Assembly: GCA_973895155.1 (NCBI GenBank)
Contig: OZ316896.1
Location: 5,089,925 to 5,153,924, forward strand
DNA: 64,000 nt
DNA from: Marsupella aquatica
Taxonomy: Eukaryota > Plantae > Marchantiophyta
Direction: 5' to 3'
This document shows, piece after piece, positions 37,896-48,602 of the stretch. A model generated the notes under the pieces. The model did not search any database, had not been told where the DNA came from, and saw only the letters and a program-made list of their open reading frames with translations. Every line of letters starts with the position of its first letter. Position 1 is the stretch's first letter. Both the position numbers and the translations under genes were made by a program.

Positions 37896-38052
37896 TCAAC
37901 CACCAACACCACCACATCCACCACCTCCGCCACCACAGCCCCCACCGCTGCCACCACCGACCCAACCAGCCATAGCTCCAGCATTACCTCCCCCTCGTCT
38001 ATGTCTCTTCCCGAGCACCGCCAGAAGATGGCTTGCTAAAAAGACACCCCAT
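37896..38052 (-). pseudogene. Frameshifted family copy 4 (MGCLFSKPSSGGAREET*; Gly-rich tail in another frame)
   Basis: The ATG 38052 frame stops at 37999-38001. The tail GKRHRRGGGNAGAMAGWVGGGSGGGCGGGGGGCGGVGG* is one base out of frame. Confidence 0.55.
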
Positions 38053-39224
38053 CCTGTGAGCTCCCCGCCAATGTGGCTCGCAGTCGAGCAAAACCTTCTT
38101 GTGCCCAAAAGAACTTCGCAATTTGCAATTGACTAGTGACGATTGTTGAGATGTATTCCAGGTACGTGAGCTCTCAACAATTGACTAGTGACGATTGTTG
38201 AGATGTATTCCAGACAATGCTTAGTACGATGTGTGCTCTCAACAGACAATGCTTAGTACGATCTATCAATGTATGCTCTCAACAGACACTGCTTAGTACG
38301 AGCTATCAATGTGTGCTCTCACAGACAACGCTTAGTACGAGCTATTACTGTAAACATCCACTATAGTTTTCAGATTGCTTCGCTTTCAGGAAGCGTTCAG
38401 GAAGCGTTTGTAGTGACAAAGAGGTCCCAAGCACCAGTTGAGAAGGGGGGCTTCTGTGGGTGACAGCTTATGACTTATGTGACTAAGCGTTGTCTTTATG
38501 ACATTGGATGACTCACTAAAGAGTAAAGTAGCAAACCTGCCAAGTCAAAATGAGGTAGCGATGATTCTCGTCACGTTTATGGAAACTTTAATCTGGAGAA
38601 CATTTGAAATAATTGCGTGCCATGGGCAGCAGCAAAACTTTATCAGGCAACTGTTCGTGCTGACGTGCAGGTATGGGCAGCCATCCGGCCAAGTTTGGGC
38701 ACATTCTTGGTATGTATGATATGAACGGCTGTAAACCTGAGGAGCTGACAAGGACTTTTAGATGCTTATGGCATAGCATGCAGAACTCGTCAGGCAACCA
38801 TATTATTCAGTGGATCAAGGACACTGATTTCGCACTGTGTTGCACAGGCTTGCCTCCAGGTTTGTGGCACGGGGCTCAAGTGTAGATAGCCGATCTCACA
38901 TGGTCAACTTCGAAATTAGCAAACGTGCTGGATTCATGTAAATTCTTCCAATCGTACCTCGTGAAGAAACCAAATAGAGTCCTCGTGCAAATGTTCGATG
39001 CGGGTTCCTCGAAAGTAATATTCTTGACGATTGTAATTTTGTTACATTGGATGGATACTAATAAACTTGAAGGGTCAAAGATACTGCACGTCATATACTT
39101 TTGGCGATGGTTCCAAACCTTGTGGATGGATTTAGAAACAGAACAATATTGTCGGACTCTGTTTTGCAATTTCCAAACCTGGCCTGCCTGGTTATTCTAT
39201 TCTTAGATTCTTCGGATTCACTGT

Positions 39225-39550
39225 GACATCTTGGTTACCGTCCTTTGCAGTTCGTCACCGAGTTTTCCAAGACTTGCCCAGGTAGTAAAGCAACCTCGTC
39301 GAGGCAAACAGTGAATAACAAGGCCTTACGACGCTGAAACTGTGCATCCAAGATTTCTGGTTCCCGGTTGCCTGATTATCCTAGTCTAAAATTCTTTTGA
39401 TTCAGGTTGACATCTTCGGTACCGTCCTATACTGTTTGTCCCCGAGTTTGCTAAAACTCGCCCAGGCAGTTAAGCAATCTCGTCCAAGCAGAAAGTGAAT
39501 AATAAGGCCTTATGGTCGCTGAAACTGTGCATTCAAGAGTTTTGGTTCCC
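39225..39550 (+). repeat. ~183-bp diverged tandem duplication
   Basis: tgacatctt.g.taccgtcct ... gctgaaactgtgcat.caaga..t.tggttccc occurs at 39225 and 39408. Confidence 0.8.
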
Positions 39551-40785
39551 AGTCTGCCTCAGGTGTGATTTCATTTAAAGTTTGCCTAGAAAAAGCTGAA
39601 GGAAATTTGTGGAATGGGAATGAGTATTTCACTCGTCTGAGATCCAAGAGCACTTTATTTGGTCAGTTCCTGAGCTGCAATGCAACATTTGTTTCCAAAT
39701 TTTGCCATTACAGAATGTCACCTGGTTGCTAATGGACAAATGAGATACTAGTTACCAACATTCAAAACTTTTCGGTGGCCGTGGGATACTTGTTGGGAAA
39801 GGGGGATTTAACATTTGCTAGAGTTGATCCTGAGAACTACAATATGTACCTGTTGGGAATAGGGTCACGAAAACCTTTTGGTGGATTTGAGGTCCCATTT
39901 ACTCCCACAAGATAAAAAGTATCATACAGGCCCTGCGCTAAAGGACAGATGCAGCCTGCGCTAAAGGACAGATGCAGGGCGACGAAGGGGACTTGTAGCA
40001 GCAGAAGGGAAAAGTAATTACAGTTTTTAACTACATTGCCACTAAAGATGTGGCTTATTAGTATTTCGATGGAATTTTGTATCGCAACCCTGGTAAGTAT
40101 CATTGCAGGTTAGCCGGTAGACGAGCTACGAAATAAGGTCGAGGACAATACAAGTAATGTTTGGCAATCGGTCCAAACATTTGCTACAAACTACAGCAAG
40201 ATTTGGCAATCCATCCAAACATTTAACTACAATATAAACAAAGTAAGGTTTCAGACAAGCCTGCAGGGTTTGGCTTCCATCCTGACATTTCAAGAAATAC
40301 AACCCGCATTTGTGAACGATCAAGAAAATCCCATCCATGCAAGGTATAGCATTCCATCCAAAATAGTCGCACACTGTAGTCTATGGGAGCTTTAACTCTG
40401 TATCATTGCAAAGGTGGGTCATATTCACATATTCCGTGCAATAATGTTTTGGCATGACAATTAGACAACTGGCACCTATCGGTTGATGAAGGACAAATAT
40501 AAAATTCTAATGCTTCCCCTACCAACTCGACTTTTACTTGGCCTAAGGCTGTGACGACCGTGACTATCTCCAAAGATTCATACTCTGTTTTATTTCAAGA
40601 GGCCAGCGTGCATGATACATTTCCAGTTCCTGATAAACGATGTGATATGAAATTTGTGGAAACTGGTGCACAAAGCAATAATTGGCCAAACACATATCAT
40701 GACCTGCTCAGGAGCTTTGAATTTCAAAGATACATATCTTCAATCACTTGTGGTGCAATTATCAAGGTGCTACACCACACTTTTG

Positions 40786-43354
40786 TCAAATTGCGGACCC
40801 ATATAAAACGACTAACAGAGTGGCTAAAACGCAAAGGATAGCAGGCTTTTGTATTCTTTGACTGGTAATGGCACTATTCGTGGACGCATAATTACCATCA
40901 GAAGAATTTTTAGCGAGTACCAACGCGTACCAGACACCTTCTGAGCCAACCCCTCCCGACGTGAAGGTTGTGTCGTTAAGTTTCTCCTGGTAAAGTGGTG
41001 ATTCCGTAATATTTTGGGCTGCAACAGTAGGTGATGCAACATCACCAGGTACACAATCTATAGCAATATATCCCTTTTCGGTGCTGACTAGATCTACGTT
41101 GCAGGCAGCAAGCATTGATGGGAAATCCCCAAAATCAGGGCTCTGTCCAAATGGAGTATCAGCCCCTGTTTGGTTGGTGCATGGGGTGCCCACAAACCTA
41201 TGGGCTATTTGTTGTCCCACACAAGCTGCCCCGGCATTGGTTGTCAGTGCTGGAATGCCAACACTTCGAGTCCTGTAATTATTCACAAGTTGAAGTACCT
41301 GCTGGTCGTCGGTGCTCTGACCTGCAATGCCAATAGATAAGAGGGAATTATCGAACTCGGAGTCAAGAGTCCCGACAGACGTCTCTTGAAGGTTTTCATT
41401 TGCTTGCCTTTCACAACTCTATCCAGGACGGATTTTCTGATTTCCTTTGCTTACAACTAATCCACATTCTAAACTATTCATTAGAAACCTGATCCCTGCA
41501 TATCTCTAGAGTCCTCGTAAACTTGTACGTGTATGTGGAATTCATTTTGTTACAATATGGCATTGCAGGGTCACCAGTCCCGGGTCTGTGCAAGTAATTT
41601 GTATATACCAACCATCTTCGGAGCGCACGGCGTAAAATCAAGAGTAGAAGATTGCATCATAGGTATGCAAATTATTACTGTAAGTTGATTGCAAAGGGCA
41701 TTGAAAGCATGATTATACTGGAGGGACCACTACCAAGCAGGAGAACGACCAGCATCCAAATTCTGTCCTACAGCGATTGTCAGGGTCTTCAAACAATCAA
41801 GCATCTACGTGCATAGGCTAGCCCAAAAACCCTTTGGGATGCATCCTGGAGTGTTGGGAAATGGAGCGACGTAAGGTATAGTTCCCAATCTAAATCATGG
41901 TAAATATAAGCTTCAAAAAGCGGGACAAAGCCGGTGGTTAGGCAGACGTCCCATCGTTTGGGGTGTGGCTGTAAATCCAATTGATCATCCTCGTGGAGGC
42001 AGTGAAGGATGCACTAAAGGAGATTTTCCTTAACCTCATCAATCCAAAGACCTCTACGCACAAAGGGTGCAGGCGTAAAAACTGTACAACCTGCCGACCG
42101 TATGAAATTCCCCATCCATTGAACGAGTTAATTCATATAATTCCACAACATCCGGACTCCACATGGACTTTCGAGGTTAGAATCCACACTCCTCACAAAT
42201 GTCTCTACTGCGACCTTTCACGATTCGAGCAGTTCCCAAGAGATTTCGGCAATACTTAAAAGTGACCAAAAAGCTGACCAATCGCTCCCACTAGATGACT
42301 GGAATGCCTCCGTTGAAGAACTTCACCTACCAGGATTCGAACAGCATGCTTGTCGATTCAACCAACTAATAGACCTTATTATGCATGATACAACAGATAT
42401 GCAGGAATTACTGACACAATACAATAGAAGTTCTGAACAAGCGGAGGCGGTTGACGACTGAGACGAACTTAGATGTCTAAAAGTTTTGCAATGTGGAAGA
42501 GATCGATTGGGTAAATTCGATCCGACTCCATCCTTGCCCACAATGGCTCACAAGTTGGTTATCGAAACCAGTAAGCATGGGTTGTAACCGGCCACATTTG
42601 TCGGACGATAACTATCCAGTCCATCCCAGGGACACAATGTATGGCTTGCCGTCGCAGCAGAGCCTCACTAAGGTCTCAACAATTTTGTGGCAACGAATTC
42701 AAGCTATTTATAATGTCCAATTTCGATAAAGACGTGGTCTTATCTACATCGCAATGTTGCGGCACAGGCAAACGAAAGCGGCATTTACGAAGTTTTAAGC
42801 ACTTCATGCAGCAAAACTCATAACTAAAGCTAACGACTGCTATCTCAACCGGGATCCCATCGTAAGTAGCCCTCAGAGGAGGGCGAAACACACAGCAGTG
42901 CAAGATGCTTATGACGAGTCCAGCCTCCAAAGATAAGTGTAAATGCAAGGATCTCGTGGATCGCTTTTGTAACAAACATTCGAACAAGTGCACTCAAAAT
43001 CTCACATACGTGGTATTTCACATGTTCAACCCATTTCGTGTTGAGCAGAGCCCGAACGGTTCAGTTGGACCATTGAATGCACAGGAGGAAAACGACATGC
43101 CAACAGAGAGGCAGAGAGGCAGAGAACCATCCACATTCAACCGGCTTGACAACCAGCATGCTCGAGTTAAACATGTTACAACTCTCTAGGAAAAAATGCG
43201 AGTGATCCCATAAGCTGCTGCCACACTACAATTCAATGAGAGACAAATGACGACTTAGATTGCTAAGAACGCGAGGTAGGGAGAAAGTACCCATCGCATG
43301 AGTCGTGGCTAGCGAGAACAGTAAGCCCAACATAAGTGCAGACGAAAGCGCCAT
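40786..43354 (-). CDS. Uncharacterized GPI-anchored protein, At3g06035/At5g19250 family; exons 43354-43291 and 41321-40786, 199 aa
   Basis: Exon 1 encodes signal peptide [22 protein letters not shown] phase-1 GT..AG intron restores the frame (64+536=600 nt). Family motifs [38 protein letters not shown], plus a hydrophobic C-terminal GPI signal. Confidence 0.85.
41866..42022 (+). pseudogene. rpl2: Organelle-derived (mitochondrial-type) rpl2 3' fragment (NUMT) inside the intron
   Basis: Translates [51 protein letters not shown], matching the L2 signature [31 protein letters not shown]. Confidence 0.85.
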
Positions 43355-46300
43355 TACTTGTCGATGTCTCCCAGGCACCTGCTCCAAGCTGGATTGAATT
43401 TGTGGTGCCGTTGCAACTGTGGACAAGCCTACACTCAAATGCGTACCCTGCTGAAGCACTCACTCAGACAAATGGCACTCTCCAACTAGATAGAGAGCAA
43501 GCAACACAACAGTTTTTCAGCCCACAAAGCTCTCTCTTCGGTGATGAAGCTCTGCTACATCTCTGGTGGCCTACAGTGAAGAAGTGTGGGACAGATCTTT
43601 GTGGAGAGACCCAATTTGTTGCAGAGATCACTGACCCTTCTCGAGAAGCTCCCTCAGCAGAGTCCAGGTCCCGATGTCTGAGAGCCGCACAATTATTCAG
43701 TCCTCAAGGACGAGAGCAATTATTGATGGACCTTTGTGCTTGTGCAGCTCAGCAAGGACTCAACGTATATAGCCGTGTACTTTTAAATTTCTAAGGTTTT
43801 TCCTTTTTTGCCAATAGTGGCGAATGTCCGTGTACTTTTCTGTTTGTAAAAAACATTCTTTACAGACCCCCGATAAGAAGCTCCTTCCAAAATACTTGGT
43901 TCCATATCAGCATTATTATCACAAACAAGCATTATTGATCACAAACAAGAAGGATTCTTTATATAAAAGATGCCAAAAGGTTAAATACTTGGTTCCACAT
44001 GAGCACTATTGATCACAAACAAGAAGTATTCTTTATATAAAAGATACCAAACAAGATTATGTGTGTTTGAAACAAATAATAAAAACCCTTGTAACTATAC
44101 ATACAATAGAAAACTGAATAATAACTTTTCGAATAATCAAAGAGGGGTGAAAAGAAAAGAAATGTTGGATGAATTGTGATTGATATATGAGTGTTTTCCA
44201 TTAGATTGTATGAATTTTCTATTTAATTAGCAATTTTTGGAATAACCATGGGTAGAACGGAACTCTTCAACTGCTATAACCTTTACCAAGGTAACTTTAG
44301 AAACCCTTTGGGCTACTATGGACAAAAGAACACCAAGGGAACATAAGAAACACTTGAACTACTATGGATAAAAGAATACCAAGATATAAGAAACCCTTTG
44401 GCTTCTATAACACATTTTGCATGGCCTCGATCTATGGACATAGGAGTACCAAGGGAATGTTGTGCATGGACCACTACCATGAAAAATCTACTCTTTTTTC
44501 CCCCTCATCTCCATATTCAAAGTTATTCCAGTTTGCAACTCTTCATGTGCTCTAACTTAGTTGTTGAATAACATCAAACTTAAATAACCAAGGGGTCCTC
44601 GGACTAATTTTTGCCAATAGTGTCTAATGTCCAAACAAAAGCCTCATGGACAAGACATTGTCCCTGTCCATTCCCATGGACTGGACTGTGTACACCCATT
44701 GTCCCTGCCCATTTTGATGGACTGTGTCAAGCTATTGTTACTTTTACACCAAAAAGAAAAAGGAACTCATCTTGGATTGTAACTGATGACTTAGACTACT
44801 TTGGGGAGAAAATAGTTAGGAGGTCATGGTGATCCTGAGTAAAGAAATGAAGTCTTGACGTCTTTCAGATTGAAGGCTGTCAAGTTACTAAAGAAACTGG
44901 TTCGGTAATGTAATTGAAACTGGCTACAAATGGTAAGGAGACCATTTACAGGTCAAAAGTGTAAACAATGTTATCTGACTCCATTTAAAAGTTCTGAGCA
45001 AGTTCATCCAAGCTTTGTCAGTCCATCTGGGTTTCATAGACAAAATGGAGATCCATTTGGGCTTTTCTTTAGGTGAATGTCACCTGGTGTGAAGTAGAAA
45101 ATGTTACAAATACTTCTGATCTAATTTTCTTGATTAATGTGTAGCCATTAGATCTTGCTAAATTAAGGATAACAATCTACTCTGTCTAATTGGGTCTCCA
45201 GTTAGGTGTGAAACTGGCTCATGGAAAAAAAACAACTGGTTCATTTTTGCAAAATCAAAATAGGCAAATACTTTTTAGTGGGGTGGAATATGGTGTATTT
45301 TTGCACTTGAATAATAAGCTGGCACGTAGTATGGAGTATGATTGTTATTTTTCTAGAAAATATGTTAATGGAACCAGAGTCCCCCCACTAAATCTCACCC
45401 TATTTTTTTGGCGGATTTGGAGGTTCATCCTGGCTTCAACTTTTTAAACCAATTAATTCATGTTTTTAGACTCAAAATTTGAATGTTCACGGCCCAGAGT
45501 AAAGCCCCCACCTGCTGGTTCTTGAATGGCCACAATCTCAGTAGTAGTGGGAGGACAAGATAGTCAACTTTTGCTCACTTTTTCAATTTGTTAAGAACAT
45601 TATTGACAAATAATGGTGACATAGATCCATCACTTTTAAAAGTGGACTGTTTAACTAAGAGACGGGACCACCAGGTAAACCCAAGGAAGGCATGATTTGA
45701 TAGAAGTAGACCTAGTATATACTTTCATTTCTTTTCTCTGTAAGACTTTACGGCTTGCCACAGCCATATGAGGACTGAAGCTCCTATATGATGAATCCAT
45801 ATTTCAAATTTTATCTTATTCAGATTTTGTGTCCAGTATTTTGATTTTAATGTGCCTTAACAAGGTGAATCATTTGTATTAAGTTGATTTTGAATTAATT
45901 TTTTAGACCCCTTTTAATTTTAGTGAACTTAGAGTATTTTGAATGTATTTGGCTACCCTCATAAATGTTTAATCTTTCATTTTGAATCACTCTTTAGTGA
46001 ATTCTCTTTTTTTTTCATGAGAGTGAGAGAAAATTAATTTGAACAATGTGCATATCTGGTGTACTAAGTTCCTCTTGTGATTTTCTTTACAAAATTTATG
46101 GTTTTAATTGAGTTGATTGTCATTACCTAGAAGCAAGTGAAAATATGTGCAAAACTCTTTAATACCTTTGTACTTGGTTGGTCATACTGTGCTTTCCTTT
46201 GCACGTGTACTTATGGTTTTGTGTGTTATATCACTAACTCTTAATTAAGAGATATTAATTTCCTGGCATATACTTTACATGTACTTATTTCTTTTATCAT

Positions 46301-46726
46301 AAAATAAATTAATTACATATCACTACAAGACAAAAAAAGAAGCATGTTCCATATGAGGATTAGAACACTTCTTTGCAACCATGCACACTGCCACAGAAGA
46401 ATGACTTGCAGGAGAAAACCAAGATACTTGGCTTCATTGGATTTGTTTACACTACCATGTGTTTGGAACATGAGGGCAGGGAAACAGGTTGCCCTTACCC
46501 TTTTTTGTCAGTCCCTTGTAATAACACCATGGCTATCTAACAATAGTCCCTCCAAAAGTATGTGCAAATCCAAGGATCTAGTGTGGATTGCTTTGTAACT
46601 AATATTCAAACAATTGAGCCCCAAATCTGACATATGTGGTATTTCCCATGTTCAGGCCATTTCATCTTGAGCAGTGCACAAATTGATGGTTCAGTTGGAC
46701 CATTGAAGGCACAAGAGGAAAACAAA

Positions 46727-46952
46727 CGTCTTTTAATTACATTGCCACTAACGATGTTTGAATTTACAATATTACCACCATTTTTTGTATTTACAAAAAT
46801 GTCACAGTTTCCGTATATATATAGTTCCCCTGATTACCTTGGTAAACTTGTCATCCAAATATGAAATAGTGGCATTTTTATAAATACAAAATAATAGTGG
46901 CATTGTTATTTGTCAATTAGAACATCTTTAGTGAAAAAATACTTTAAAACTG
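46727..46952. mobile_element. 226-bp MITE-like insertion flanked by a 10-bp direct repeat
   Basis: GGAAAACAAA at 46717-46726 and 46953-46962. The insert is absent from the homologous sequence at ~43040-43210. Internal inverted motif ttgccacta / tagtggca. Confidence 0.55.
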
Positions 46953-48534
46953 GGAAAACAAAATGCCAACAGAGAAGCAAAGAACAATCCACATTCAACT
47001 CGCTTGACATCTAGCATGCTCGAGTTGGACATCTTACTAGCGGTAGAGCTTTCAAGAGAAAACGCAAGTGATCCCTTAGGGGGGCTTTGCAAGGACTTGG
47101 GGGCGATAGTTCTGGATGTGTCTTTTTTGCCATTGATGAGAGTACAGGTGTGAATAACAAGCTGGTTAGTCAATTGCCTTTCTTGTTAAAACTGACGTCC
47201 AAATTTTGGATTTGGAAGCTGACCTCTAAATATTAGTATAGATATGGGTTACCAGTAGCGAGGGCAATCACCAAAATTTCTCTCCATCTGGTTCACTGGG
47301 AATCGAGGGGGGTGAAAAGGACCACTGGTGGGCAGGGCAATCATCAAATTTTCTCTCCATCTAATTGGTTTGGTGGGCCAGTGGGTAATAAGGAGCACCT
47401 GTTGAGATACTCAGTCAGTCTGGCCCCCAACACCTGTGTTGCCTACTGGCCTCCTTGCACACCGTGATTCACCTATGGATTCTCCTGAGAAACCCAGCAT
47501 TTCCCCATGCATATGGACAGAAGGAATTAAACCACAGGTGCTTGTATTTCAACTAAGTAAGTATGGGTTACCCATAGGTCTCATTGCACATACTGTCCAA
47601 TCCTGCACCTTGAGTGTTCTTGGCCAATTTTGGTCATCCCGGGAAAGTTTTGGCCATCACATACTGTCATCTCATATCTTGATCATATGGGGTCAATCTA
47701 TGGCTCAAAACGTAGATCTCAACAAGATCTATGACTAGAACAAATCCACGTCCAAGAATAGTTTGTATTTTGTGAAAAAATTGTAGAACAAAATCCCTAC
47801 ATTCTCATTGGCTGGGCCCTCACTAGCTCAGGGTGGATCCACCTTCAGACAGAGGATTTAGACTTTGAGGATTCATTTGTTAGTTTAACTTTTGGTGCAT
47901 GGCTTTAGAGTTTGGAGCTACTGTCCTTCAACTAGCTACACTGTTTACCGTAATTAGTATCATAACTTATATAGTCTCCCTGCATAAATAGTATCACACA
48001 CACTAATAAGGGTGTGACTACAAATCTGAAAAAATATAAATATTAGTAGAAGTAGAGAGTTCAGTCTATTGTCATTCGTTCTAATTTGATTTTGATTGTA
48101 TTTATAACCTGGTTTTCATTTCATCATACTTTAATGAAATCTGACTTTCAATTGACATTCATTTTTAATTTTATATGCCAGTGCAAATATATCTTACTAC
48201 TAGAAATATTTGTAGTTTTCATAAGCTATATACATAATATGTGTTCATCACACACTAATTGAGTGTCACCAAAAATAATCTCACTTACTCTAATTTAGAA
48301 TAACATGTATTTAATCTCACTTCTTATATAGTCTCACACACATTAATTATGGTGACAGCTTTCAAAAACCTTTGTTCCCAAATACTGTGTGTGAGATTAA
48401 TTACGGTAATGAGTGTAGTGGCTCTTCCTTCACCCTCTCCTGATGATTTCACTTTTCCTGAACTGTTCAGTGTTGAGTCTCCTAGCCCCAACTGTCATCC
48501 AAAATTTAAAAATGCACCCATAGTAAACCTGAGC

Positions 48535-48602
48535 CTAGTAGTCAGCTCAAGTGGCAGCAGGGTGACTCGTGATGGGCAGGTCTCAAGTTCAATCCCTGAC
48601 CA
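48535..48602 (+). mobile_element. tRNA-derived SINE-like head (Pol III A and B boxes)
   Basis: AGCTCAAGTGG (A-box-like) and AGTTCAATCCC (B-box-like) at tRNA-like spacing. No intact cloverleaf. Confidence 0.35.

Noticed and set aside
42030-43030. LINE 3' (zf-RVT-like) remnant in the intron
   Set aside because: Only faint motif resemblance; not supportable without a search.
43336-43794. 152-aa plus-strand ORF
   Set aside because: Antisense to the 5' UTR/promoter of the GPI-anchored gene, non-ATG start and no domain.
48535-48602. Functional tRNA gene
   Set aside because: Only A/B-box-like motifs; acceptor and anticodon stems cannot be formed convincingly.
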